From assembly GCF_001194135.2 (NCBI RefSeq), contig NC_068985.1, positions 66,250,226-66,306,082 on the forward strand: 55,857 nucleotides of DNA. The letters are read 5' to 3'. The notes under the pieces are model-generated. The model saw nothing but the letters and a program-made list of their open reading frames with translations, had not been told where the DNA came from and made no database searches. The stretch comes from Octopus bimaculoides (Eukaryota). How positions within the stretch are numbered: the first letter of the stretch is position 1; each line of letters begins with the position of its first letter. This document shows, one piece after another, positions 23,858 to 35,978 of this stretch. A program made the position numbers and the translations under genes.

Positions 23858-26012
23858 GCCGGTAGGCGATTTCAACTTACAGGTGGATGATAGGCGAATT
23901 TCTAGAAAATGGTGGGCGATTTTAGATTTTAGAGGGCGATGTGAACATTTTGTGGGTGACAAAGAATTTTAAAAATTAAGTCTGATGCAAAGCATTCTGA
24001 CAAGGACAAGCTGTTGTTATATTTTTTGCAACTGAGCGCCTCTTTCAAAAAGTAAACACAAACTTTCAACACTCTACTCGAGGAAACTAGAAAAGCGGGA
24101 GAATGACGGGTTGACTGCATCGTACAAAAATTGCATTACTTGTTGCTAAGTCTGGGAATTCTCACATTATTGGAGAAAAATTACTTCGCCCGGTTATCGA
24201 AGAGGTTTTGTCAAACATTATGCACGAAAAACCCAATAACATTATGAAAAAGATCCCACTTAGAAATAACACGATTTCTCGACGCATCGACGAAATGCCC
24301 ATTGATGTCAAACATCAGCTCAATATTCTCCAGCATTCTGAATTTTCTATACAAGCGGATGAGTCAACTGTTGTGGACAATCAATGTTCGGTGACGGTGT
24401 GTTCGGTATTTCAGCGAAGACCTCCAATATTGTGAGGAAATGCTGTTCACAGAAATTTCCGCTTGATTTAAAAGGTGTAACTATTTTTAGCACTCTCAAA
24501 TCTTTCCTTATTGAACATAATATTCCACTCAGTAACATTCTTGCCTGTGCGTCTAATGGAGCCCCTTCGTTGATAGGAAGATGCGGAGGTTTTTCATCTC
24601 TCCTAAAGCGTGAAATTTCCCACCAGATACTAACTGTTCATTGCTTGGCACAGTGGTAGCATTTAGTGGCAAAAAATATGAACGGTAGATTGAATGATGC
24701 ACTACAGTTAGTTATCAAGACTGTGAACACACTGAAGTCCAGTCCCTTGTCTGATCGAATTTCCTGTCAACTCTGTCCGAGAAATGATGAGGACTATACT
24801 AAACTCTTATACCATACCGAAATGCGGTGGCTGTCAAAAGGAAACTGTGTTTTACACTATGTTGAACTCTTTCATATAATCATATCTTTCTTTGCAGATG
24901 CTCCACTATCCGCTATCCGCTTCATTGATGGCTGCAAAATGCGATATCATTTTTGTTTGTGATATATTCTCAAAATTAAACGATTTGAATAAGTTATTGC
25001 AGGGAAACAGAAAAACTCTCGCTGACTGTAAATCATTTATCACTACCTTCATTTCAAAATTGGTACTGTACGCGACTAACATTTCAAAACGTCATTTCCA
25101 TCAAATTCCACAACATGATCCATTGAAAGAGGAAGTGGTTGATGAGGATTTAACTACATATCGCAAATATTTGCAATCATTGCACGATGACATGGTGGAG
25201 CTATTTCAAGATGTTATTGCGCTGAATATTCTAAACTGGTACAGCAATCCATTTGAGATCGATGCAGTCGATTACGAGGACGACGTTCAAAAGGAATTGA
25301 TAGAATTTCAAAATGACAATGAAGCTACAATGCAATATCGCCGAAATGGAAAAGAAAGTTTGTAGTACCATCAAAGTATATTGAATTCCTACCCCAATCT
25401 GTGAAAACATCTGAAATCACTTTTGCTTGCCTTCCCTACCTCGTACCTGGTTGAATCTGGTTTTAGACATGTGGGAATTTTACTTTCCAATAAAAGTGGA
25501 TGTAACTGGATGTAACACAACGAGGAGACTTGTGGCTAGGTTGACAAGATTGAAACCGAATGTGTCTGCACTAGCTGCTACGCATCAGACACAAGGTTCT
25601 CATTAAAAAGTGTTCTATTCTTTTCCTTTATAATACAATCATTAATTATTTTTGCATCGGTATTTCTGATCAGTGGTGGAAAAATTGGGGGAAAAATCAA
25701 TTTAAAAGAAAGCGCAAATTTACCGAAGTTAATAGAGTTAACGTTGAAATTATATTCACACTAATGGCAAAACTAAACTCACAATAAAGGATTTGTAAAC
25801 AACCGCATATTTAGCCCAAACGTCACTAACCGGGCAACGAATCTACGATATAGAGTGTGTGTTAAATGGCACAAAGAGTTTCGCCTAGTGGATTTAGTGT
25901 TGCGGTGGGAGTTGTGTCGGGGTTTTTTTTTTACACAGATGGGTGATGGAGCATTTTTTGGCAGATAGGTGGGCGACATTGCAATTTGGCGCGAAAGGTT
26001 TGGGAAACACTG
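23858..26012 (+). mobile_element. hAT transposon, Buster/Charlie (ZBED8/SCAND3-like) relic
   Basis: IPLRNNTISRRIDEM, FSIQADEST (D), ACASNGAPSL, HCLAQ, RWLSKG, FPTSYLVESGF (E). Right TIR GGTTTGGGAAACACTG ends at 26012, followed by GCATAGAG (nnnTAnnn). Left TIR not seen. Confidence 0.9.
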
Positions 26013-26658
26013 GCATAGAGGTTCTTTTCCTTTCTTATTCATATAAACTTGTGTTCCAGAAATTTTAAATAAATCCCATTTAACAGTATATATATATACA
26101 TGCACACAAACATGCACGTACGCACACACGCAAACACACATACATACACACACAAACAAACAAACAAACACACAATATCGAACACACATCTACAAGTGAT
26201 GTGCCTGGTGTTAAAACACCTGGAAGTAATGGACAAGCGAGATAACTCGCATTAGATCCCATTTAGGAGCGATAGACATTGATACTTCATCATTTTTGAG
26301 ACATGTCAATACCGCGTACCTGAAACGAGGCCCTACGCAAGCTAAATCGGTGTCTATGACTATATTCAAAATGGTGCATGAACCATCTGCTGGTTTGTTC
26401 GAACGTTTCATACCACGGAATAAATTCAAATATGAATTAGAAGCAGCTCGAGGGATATATATATATTATGAGTGTGTGTGCATGTATGCATATATGTGTG
26501 CATGTTGTGTGTTTATNNNNNNNNNNNNNNNNNNNNNNNNNNNNNNNNNNNNNNNNNNNNNNNNNNNNNNNNNNNNNNNNNNNNNNNNNNNNNNNNNNNN
26601 NNNNTATATATATATATATATATATATATTTATAAAATATATATTTTTATGCGTTCAG

Positions 26659-26939
26659 GCAGGAGATTGGAAGAACATTTTGGTATCATTTATTCACCCT
26701 TATTCATGTTTTATTTGCTAAAAGTAGTTGCAAAATTGTACATAGAGGAGAAACATGTAAGACACCTATTAGAGATTCTTTAGACAGGGAGTCAAATAAT
26801 ATTTCATTCTCTATCCGGAAAAATGTTTGATAGGAGCTGTCCTACATGTTTCTCATGCATGTACAATTTTGTAACTTCTATTAGCAAATCAAACAAGTGT
26901 AGCAGTGAATAAATAATACAATTTTTTTCCAGTCTGCTC
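26659..26939. repeat. Foldback / long imperfect palindrome (~140-bp arms)
   Basis: TTTGCTAAAAGTAGTTGCAAAATTGTACAT..GAGAAACATGTA is mirrored on the other strand; centre ~26798. Confidence 0.8.
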
Positions 26940-27404
26940 TTTTGATATGTAATTACTCTGCCAAAAACATTTTCTAGAATTGTCAACTCTTATGCATAAC
27001 TCACACAAATATAACATCTACACACAACTTTAGGTTACGGAATAAGCAGATGTGCTTCAAGTGGATACAACTATGATTCTATCCCTATCTACATTATTTC
27101 TCTGTGTGTGAGTGTATATGTGTGTGTGAGTGTGTATGTGTGTGTGAGTGTGTATGTGTGTGTGAGTGTGTATGTATGTGTGAGTGTGTATGTATGTGTG
27201 TGTGTGCGTGTGTGCGTGTGTGTGCGTGTGTGTGCGTGAGTATGTATGAGTATATACATGTGTATATATACATACACATATATACACACACTTAGAACGC
27301 GCACACACTCATGAATGCGCATACATTCACATACAAACAAACGCACATACACACGCACGCACACACGCACACGAGCATACACACGCACATATATATTCAT
27401 ATGT

Positions 27405-27550
27405 AGAGGTGCATGGCTTAGTGGTTAGAGTGTTGGACTCAGGAGCATAAGATTATGGGTTCGATACCTAGTCCGGGAGGTGTGTTGTGTTCCTGAGCAA
27501 AACATTTCATTTCACATTGCTTCAGTTCACTCAGCTGGTAGGAATGAGTA
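27405..27550 (+). mobile_element. tRNA-derived SINE (CORE-like), a distinct family
   Basis: A box TGGCTTAGTGG and B box GGTTCGATACC, followed by TGTTGTGTTCCTGAGCAAAACA..TTGCTTCAGTTCACTCAGCTG. Confidence 0.75.
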
Positions 27551-28465
27551 ATCTTGAGAAGAATTATGCCATAAGACCAGATTTTATACTGGAATATGTG
27601 TTATTAAGTGTGATGACGTTGCTTAGGAGACAAATCTAGAAGTTCTAGAAAATTAAAAGTACGAGGAGGTAAAAATATAATATGGCAATTATAGAAGACT
27701 AGCAGAGACACTCGGGATTAGAATTGTATAGTTTGTATATATATATATATNNNNNNNNNNNNNNNNNNNNNNNNNNNNNNNNNNNNNNNNNNNNNNNNNN
27801 NNNNNNNNNNNNNNNNNNNNNNNNNNNNNNNNNNNNNNNNNNNNNNNNNNNNNNNNNNNNNNNNNNNNNNNNNNNNNNNNNNNNNNNNNNNNNNNNNNNN
27901 NNNNNNNNNNNNNNNNNNNNNNNNNNNNNNNNNNNNNNNNNNNNNNNNNNNNNNNNNNNNNNNNNNNNNNNNNNNNNNNNNNNNNNNNNNNNNNNNNNNN
28001 NNNNNNNNNNNNNNNNNNNNNNNNNNNNNNNNNNNNNNNNNNNNNNNNNNNNNNNNNNNNNNNNNNNNNNNNNNNNNNNNNNNNNNNNNNNNNNNNNNNN
28101 NNNNNNNNNNNNNNNNNNNNNNNNNNNNNNNNNNNNNNNNNNNNNNNNNNNNNNNNNNNNNNNNNNNNNNNNNNNNNNNNNNNNNNNNNNNNNNNNNNNN
28201 NNNNNNNNNNNNNNNNNNNNNNNNNNNNNNNNNNNNNNNNNNNNNNNNNNNNNNNNNNNNNNNNNNNNNNNNNNNNNNNNNNNNNNNNNNNNNNNNNNNN
28301 NNNNNNNNNNNNNNNNNNNNNNNNNNNNNNNNNNNNNNNNNNNNNNNNNNNNNNNNNNNNNNNNNNNNNNNNNNNNNNNNNNNNNNNNNNNNNNNNNNNN
28401 NNNNNNNNNNNNNNNNNNNNNNNNNNNNNNNNNNNNNNNNNNNNNNNNNNNNNNNNNNNNNNNNN

Positions 28466-28499
<34 letters not shown>

Positions 28500-28619
28500 T
28501 ATATAAGATAAATTTCTTAATGTGAGGGCAAATATGTAATTGTAAATACCTTGCAACCTTGCAACTACTGCGATAATTATTAACTGGTAATGGAACAGTA
28601 ATTATGTATTTATATATAC

Positions 28620-29830
28620 CTTGGTATTTGCCACCTCATTGTGTTTTTCAAGAGTTTCACCTCTTGAACTCACATACATAATTTCAGGCATGTTAGTCGT
28701 CACGTATGTATGTGTAGATGTGTGTGCCTGTTTAAAAACGTACATAACGCGGATACACACGCACTCACAGACACATACACACTCAGACAGATATACACTC
28801 ATATACAAAATATAACGTCATCGTCGTGATATAAAATGTTCTTGACATACACTCATGCATATATTAAGATAGCCACACAGAGACATACACTCACGCATGT
28901 GTATGTTTAACAACGTACCTAACGCGGAAAGACACTTACAGTGTAATATACACATTCATACACTTACACACGTACGCTCTCAGACAGATACATTGTGATA
29001 TACAATATGTGATGTCGTTATCATCCTCTTGACAATAAAATGATTATCTCTATGAAATCTTATATTGGTTTAGTTGAAATGAAATAAATTTCGTATTGAC
29101 ACTGGTCAACTCTCACTTACCTATAGTAAAATGGACGCATAGACATACATTCACGCATGTAAGTCGTCACATATGTACATGTATGCGTATGTTTAATAAC
29201 GTACCTAATGCGGAGACACTCACACACACATTGAGAACATACACACTCATACACTTACACACATACACTCACAGACAGATACACGATCATATGCAAAATG
29301 TGATGTCGTTGTCGTTGTGGTATAAAATGTTCTGTTGACAATAGAAAGATTATCTCTATGAAATGTTATATTGTTTTAATCGAAATGAGAATAATGGAAA
29401 CGAAAATAAAATTTCGTATTGACACAGACCAGCCCTCACATACATATAGTGTGTTTAATAAAGTACATAACGTAGAAAGACACACGCACGCTGTGCGACA
29501 TATACATACTCATACACTCACACACATATATTCACAGACAAATACACTGTCATATACAAAATGTGACGCCATCGTCGTCGTCGTCAGTCGTCAGATATTT
29601 ATATGTATGTGGAGATGTGCGTGCGTTTGATAAAGTACCGTTACATATGTATATGTATGTGTAGATGTGTGTGTTTAATAACGTACCTAACACGGAAGAA
29701 CATACACACTATGAGACATATACACACTCATAAACTTACATACACTCACAGACAGATACAGAGTCATATACAAAATGTTATGTCGTTGTTCCCGTGATAG
29801 AAAATGTCCTGTTGACAATAGAAAGATTGC
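28620..29830. repeat. Degenerate tandem array (~5 units, ~175-290 bp)
   Basis: Recurring AATAACGTACCTAACGCGG and AAAATGTGATGTCGTTGTCG..TATAAAATGT..GTTGACAATAGAAAGATT motifs. Confidence 0.8.
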
Positions 29831-31267
29831 AGCGTGGAAAATGTTTGTGAGCCATTGAAGAACACAAGACCGTTAGTTTCAATCCAACATTTAAGTTTCA
29901 TTTGTGTCAAAATATTTTCGTCGCTTTGTGCGTCGCTGCGACCTGATCACTGAAAAACTGCGTGTGTGTGTGTGTGTGTGATTGTGTGTGTGTGTGTGAT
30001 TGTGTGTGTGCGTATATATATATATATATATATATATAGATATATATATATATATAATTTATAATCATAAATATATAGGGATTGACAGTAACCTGCTTCT
30101 CCAACATACTGAGAATTCAGAAATAGCAGTCAAAGAACTACTGATTTCAAAACTACAAATTATTACTCCAGATTGATAGCGATATTTTTGATACACACAG
30201 AACAAAAAACAATAGAGAAGAGTAAAAAACACTTGCCTTTAGTTAATTTAGTACAATTGTTTCACAGTTAAGAGTACATAATACTCTATTCTGNNNNNNN
30301 NNNNNNNNNNNNNNNNNNNNNNNNNNNNNNNNNNNNNNNNNNNNNNNNNNNNNNNNNNNNNNNNNNNNNNNNNNNNNNNNNNNNNNNNNNNNNNNNNNNN
30401 NNNNNNNNNNNNNNNNNNNNNNNNNNNNNNNNNNNNNNNNNNNNNNNNNNNNNNNNNNNNNNNNNNNNNNNNNNNNNNNNNNNNNNNNNNNNNNNNNNNN
30501 NNNNNNNNNNNNNNNNNNNNNNNNNNNNNNNNNNNNNNNNNNNNNNNNNNNNNNNNNNNNNNNNNNNNNNNNNNNNNNNNNNNNNNNNNNNNNNNNNNNN
30601 NNNNNNNNNNNNNNNNNNNNNNNNNNNNNNNNNNNNNNNNNNNNNNNNNNNNNNNNNNNNNNNNNNNNNNNNNNNNNNNNNNNNNNNNNNNNNNNNNNNN
30701 NNNNNNNNNNNNNNNNNNNNNNNNNNNNNNNNNNNNNNNNNNNNNNNNNNNNNNNNNNNNNNNNNNNNNNNNNNNNNNNNNNNNNNNTATATATATTTGT
30801 ATGTATGTATGTGTATATATATGTGTGTGTGTGTTTATGAGTCGTTAGTTTGTATTAAAACAGCAATGAGGCTTTACTAAGTAATTGATAGAAAAGTATA
30901 CTCTTCGAAACATGAATCGTCATTTTCATTGCATGTTTAGTGGCCAGAAATAACGATGATAAATCACGTAAAATACTTTCAGAAACAAACCACTATATTT
31001 TTGGAGGAAATGATCGTAGCTAGAGTAACATAACTGACGGCTCATAAAACCAAAACATTTATGCTCCAGTTTTACAGTGTAAGTGCAGTCGCGTAGGTTT
31101 TCAAATATCAATCCGTATGGGTCACTGATCAATATAGTTACCATAGTGTCGATGATGTGTATCCCTTTAAGGCGTTTCACATGGATTCTTCATTTAAATA
31201 GAATAACATACAAAAATGTATTACCAATCAAATGAAAGAAATTGGAACATGTGGAATATGTGTAAAC

Positions 31268-31872
31268 TACGCTTTGACATTTTTTTCTTTTAACACAACT
31301 GGTCAATATTGCCAAAGTATATTCTCATAAAGATTAATATTAATATCTTTTGTACAAGCAGTACAAGTGTACTGACGCTTAAAGCGTTCACCATAAATGC
31401 AATATTAAACTTGCGCAAAATGATAAATATATGTCTCTCCTTTTTCTCTCTCTCCTTTTTTCTCTCCTTGTTTCTNNNNNNNNNNNNNNNNNNNNNNNNN
31501 NNNNNNNNNNNNNNNNNNNNNNNNNNNNNNNNNNNNNNNNNNNNNNNNNNNNNNNNNNNNNNNNNNNNNNNNNNNNNNNNNNNNNNNNNNNNNNNNNNNN
31601 NNNNNNNNNNNNNNNNNNNNNNNNNNNNNNNNNNNNNNNNNNNNNNNNNNNNNNNNNNNNNNNNTACGCTTTGACATTTTTTTCTTTTAACACAACTGGT
31701 CAATATTGCCAAAGTATATTCTCATAAAGATTAATATTAATATCTTTTGTACAAGCAGTACAAGTGTACTGACGCTTAAAGCGTTCACCATAAATGCAAT
31801 ATTAAACTTGCGCAAAATGATAAATATATGTCTCTCCTTTTTCTCTCTCTCCTTTTTTCTCTCCTTGTTTCT
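31268..31872. other. ~208-bp exact duplication flanking an N gap (probable assembly overlap artefact)
   Basis: 31268-31475 is repeated at 31665-31872. Confidence 0.8.
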
Positions 31873-31889
31873 CTCCTTGTTTCTTTCTG

Positions 31890-32000
31890 TGTTCCTTTCT
31901 GTGGAAAAGCGTAGGCTCGAAACGTTAAAGACTTTTTCAATTCCCAAGCGTTATACTAATACGTCTGTTTGTTTTCTACACCACCTGTCTTCGTCTGTTG
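31890..32000 (+). repeat. Penelope-like repeat with a minimal hammerhead-like relic
   Basis: CTTT-CTGTGGA-A-AAGC-GTAG-GCTC-GAAACGTT-AAAG at 31895-31930. Confidence 0.55.
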
Positions 32001-32055
32001 TGGGATAATTACTATAAGAGGAGAGTTCATGATGCCATATTTTTCTAAGTTTGGC

Positions 32056-32086
<31 letters not shown>

Positions 32087-32167
32087 TGTATGTATGTATG
32101 TATGTATGTATGTATGCATGCATGTATGTATGTATGTATGTATGTATGTATGTATGCATGTATGTAT

Positions 32168-32372
32168 AAGAGGGGTACTGAAAAGTTCCTGGTTTTGGTT
32201 GATAGAAAATACAGGCGGATCAGTTAATTATGATTTTATTGAACATAATCCCCTCTCAAATTCACACAATTTTTGCAGCGGTCCTTCAGGTTTTCTAAGC
32301 CCTGTAAAAGCATTCAGAATGTTGGGCCACCAGCTAGGCTTTCTCGATACCCTTAAAGCCAGGAACTTCAGC
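32168..32372. mobile_element. mariner-derived MITE
   Basis: GAGGGGTACTGAAAAGTTCCTGG versus degenerate inverse AAAGCCAGGAACTTCAG. Confidence 0.6.
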
Positions 32373-32439
32373 GATTTGTCTCTGTCTCTTCTTTTCTGGA
32401 ACAGTCAACAACGTCAGAGAGCATATTAATTAAAGCTAT

Positions 32440-32870
32440 AGATGAGAAAAAGTTAAATGATATGAAGATCTGGAAGTCCTCTGAATATTGGAAAAGATTT
32501 ATCAGCATCACGATGATTCGCACCGGGTATCAAAATACTGACATCATGACTGCTGTTCAATGCTCTGTCAATACTGCTAAGGCTGAAAGACGTAACACAG
32601 ACATCATGAAAACAAAACTCTCCGAAACTGTGATTTGGGTGTGTCTCCAGTGGGGTTGGTGTCATACCGCCCAATGTCTGAACAGGGCTCTGGACTCAAT
32701 TCAGACGGTTTTTGCAATTGCTGGAAATTGTGGTCGAACCATGGCCCTTTGCTGCTAGAAGGCCTCCGGAAAGAGTCAGAAGTGATTGTTGGAAAATTTC
32801 TACGATTTCACCAGCCCAATTTCTAGCCTCCTAATTCTTCTGATAGTAATTCACAGTTAGGAACTCATGC
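32440..32870 (+). mobile_element. Internally deleted DD37D (maT-like) relic
   Basis: EYWKRF..MIRTGYQNTDIMTAVQCS, then MKTKL..TV..CVSS and ENFYDFTSPNF.PPNS.D. Confidence 0.7.
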
Positions 32871-33149
32871 AGCAGATTCCGTAGTTGTCTTGCGGTTGTG
32901 GAGGAAGCTGGGAGTAGCTACTTTGAATAAACTGTTATCTTCCTGCTATAATTTAGTTAATCTTTTTGATTTTTAAAAATATTTAAAATTTTGGATGAGG
33001 TATCTTGTTTTCTTTTCCTTTTATGTTAAATGTCAAATCTAGCCCAAATACCCTGTGGTATCGTGGAAAGCCTGCTAAACTACGGAATTCACCTCGAAAA
33101 AACGCCTGTTAAAGAATTAAAAAAACACAAAAATATATCAGCAGACAAC

Positions 33150-33500
33150 TAAAAACGGCCAGCACTCGTGTTGGCGTTAATTATTTCTGTTTCTTTGAGC
33201 TTCTGCCGCTAATAACGAATTCAGCCTGCTGGCTAATAGCAATATTCGATCACCCACCGGTGATGGGCGTGTTTTATTTTTCTGTTGCTGCTGTACTTCT
33301 GTCTTGCTGTATTTTAGGAGATTCATTGCGCCAAATGCTAAAAATTCTTTTTAAAAACTGCGCAAGTGTTGACATCTTAATGCAATAGACGCTGGAAACA
33401 AAATCACACAGCATTTTTGAATTCTATTGAGTAAGCATGTCCGACTCCATTTTCTGCTTCTGCAATGATTTTTCACTATCTCCTGTAGGTACGGTTTTCA
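33150..33500 (-). mobile_element. Possible pogo/Tigger (CENP-B HTH) transposase N-terminal relic
   Basis: Frameshifted IIAEAENGVG ... TPITG ... EF.IS.G motifs. Confidence 0.3.
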
Positions 33501-34478
33501 TATCTGTGAAAACATTTTAAAAAATTTGAAAACTTGTCTTTTCTAAAATGTGTCTTAGCGCTATCTTCTCACTATTTTCTCAGAATTTTCAAAGGTGTTT
33601 AGCAGAAAATGTATTCAGGCTTCGAGTTGCTTCTTAAGTGTTTCAGTTTAAAGCATTTTAATATCTCGTATCTCAGAATATTTATTAGCCTAACGAAGAT
33701 CAAGGTTATATCTTTTTGCTGAAGTGAGGGACTAAGAACCTATTAAATACATGGATCTGTTTTTCTCTTACACAAAGAACTAATCATTTATTGACTTAAA
33801 CCTGAAATTTTCTGAATCGCTCAAAAGGCTTTCTTTTATGTGGTGATTTATTAATGTTAAAGTTCAAAACACTTAGAGAGCTTTCTTTTTGAAAGAATAT
33901 GATAAACTACCCTTAACCTGCCACAGAAGAATTAAAAATCATTGTATATGAACTTTATGCAAAAATATGCTTCCGACAAAATCTATTATAGTGAAAAAGT
34001 AATATAGGTCATTTTCTGTGGGTTGATATTTCGGGAACCGTACAACTCTATCGAAAATAATTGAAGTAAAGAATATACAGAGAGAGAGAGAGAGAGGGGG
34101 GAGAGAGAGAGAGAGAGGGAGAGAGAGAGANNNNNNNNNNNNNNNNNNNNNNNNNNNNNNNNNNNNNNNNNNNNNNNNNNNNNNNNGAGAGAGAGAGAGA
34201 CGGAGAGAGAGAGAGAGAGAGAGAGTGAGAGAGAGAGAGAGAGGACAGAGCGGAAGACAAAGAAAGAGAAAATTGTCTAATTTAATACATTCAAACCTTG
34301 AGAGCGATATAAAATTTTAGGAAATCGTTAAATTTATTCTGACATTACACATGGCTAATAGGTGTAACTGCCCTCTCTCTCCTTTCTATGTATGTATGTA
34401 TGTATGTATGTATGTATGTATGTATGTATGTATGTATGTATGTTTGTATGTATGTATGTATGTATGTATGTATGTATG

Positions 34479-34523
<45 letters not shown>

Positions 34524-34713
34524 GTCTGTCTGTCTATCTATCTATACGTAGGCAATTACTCCGTGAAATGCTCATAAGAGCCAATCAAATATACATAAAG
34601 TTTGTAAACTTCATATATTTGAGAGTCAAACTTATTGTAAAACCTCGCATCTATTCATTGCCACATTTCCACTCCAAATGGTTTTAAAATAGTCTGCAGA
34701 ATAGTATATATAT

Positions 34714-34764
34714 AAATAATATGGGTGGCCTATTAGCAATTTAACAACCTAAAGGCAAATTCAT

Positions 34765-34803
<39 letters not shown>

Positions 34804-34851
34804 AATTTGCCTTCAGGTTGTTAAGTTGCTAATAAGCCACCCATATTATTC
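34714..34851. repeat. ~48-bp inverted repeats enclosing a (CA)n tract; third (direct) copy at 35154-35197
   Basis: ATATGGGTGGCCTATTAGCAATTTAACAACCTAAAGGCAAATT versus AATTTGCCTTCAGGTTGTTAAGTTGCTAATAAGCCACCCATATT. Confidence 0.85.
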
Positions 34852-34941
34852 ATAGTTTTCATTTCTACGTTTTTGAAATCAGCACATATTTTCAACGGTT
34901 TTTCTTATAAGTTGACGAGTTGAGATGATCTTAACCCTAGG

Positions 34942-35019
34942 CGCAGTAAGAGCCACTGATGAGAATTAAGATGTTCTGCATCAAAATTCGAAATCACTAG
35001 TGATATGGTTATATCTGCG
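34942..35019 (+). ncRNA. Type I hammerhead ribozyme (predicted cleavage after AUA, position 35005)
   Basis: CTGATGA at 34956-62. Stem II GAATT/AATTC + GATG/CATC. GAAA at 34990-93. Stem III ATCAC/GTGAT. H17 = A35005. Stem I AGCCA/TGGTT plus CGCAG/CTGCG. Confidence 0.8.
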
Positions 35020-35728
35020 ATCGCACGGAGCTTTGCCTCTCTAGTCAACTTATCAAGATAGTGCTATTATGGCTAATGAATCATTTTGACTCTTATTTCT
35101 AGCAATGCCGATACCACTTTGTACCCTCTGTCACTTTAGTGATGCCTGTAGATTTGCCTTTATGTTCTTAAATTGCTAATAAGTCACCCAAATTTTATAT
35201 ATATATATATATATNNNNNNNNNNNNNNNNNNNNNNNNNNNNNNNNNNNNNNNNNNNNNNNNNNNNNNNNNNNNNNNNNNNNNNNNNNNNNNNNNNNNNN
35301 NNNNNNNNNNNNNNNNNNNNNNNNNNNNNNNNNNNNNNNNNNNNNNNNNNNNNNNNNNNNNNNNNNNNNNNNNNNNNNNNNNNNNNNNNNNNNNNNNNNN
35401 NNNNNNNNNNNNNNNNNNNNNNNNNNNNNNNNNNNNNNNNNNNNNNNNNNNNNNNNNNNNNNNNNNNNNNNNNNNNNNNNNNNNNNNNNNNNNNNNNNNN
35501 NNNNNNNNNNNNNNNNNNNNNNNNNNNNNNNNNNNNNNNNNNNNNNNNNNNNNNNNNNNNNNNNNNNNNNNNNNNNNNNNNNNNNNNNNNNNNNNNNNNN
35601 NNNNNNNNNNNNNNNNNNNNNNNNNNNNNNNNNNNNNNNNNNNNNNNNNNNNNNNNNNNNNNNNNNNNNNNNNNNNNNNNNNNNNNNNNNNNNNNNNNNN
35701 NNNNNNNNNNNNNNNNNNNNNNNNNNNN

Positions 35729-35774
<46 letters not shown>

Positions 35775-35978
35775 TCAAGGTTTTAGATATAATCTATGCA
35801 AGTAAACTATGTGCTCAGGCATTGCAGTTGTGATCTCCTTCAGCTCATAATAGTTCAGTTAATTTGGTTTTCGGTTGAAAGTCATGTTTTCTTTTTTCTA
35901 TTCTTTTCTGAGTAAGATCACTTTTGACATTGTACGCAACATCTGAATCATGACTTATGATATTGAAGGAAGGGAATA

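Noticed and set aside
27405-27480. tRNA gene (also 36541-36600)
   Set aside because: A and B boxes are present, but there is no cloverleaf or acceptor stem; these are SINE heads.
28620-29830. CRISPR-like repeat-spacer array
   Set aside because: Units are degenerate, the spacers are homologous to each other, the context is eukaryotic, and there are no cas genes.
30930-31200. Exon-like segment ending at GTAAGT (31079) and a GPCR-TM3-like peptide
   Set aside because: All frames after the plausible acceptors are closed, and there is no DRY or other GPCR motif.
31268-31872. Recent tandem duplication
   Set aside because: Exact copies flank an N gap, which is typical of an unmerged contig overlap.
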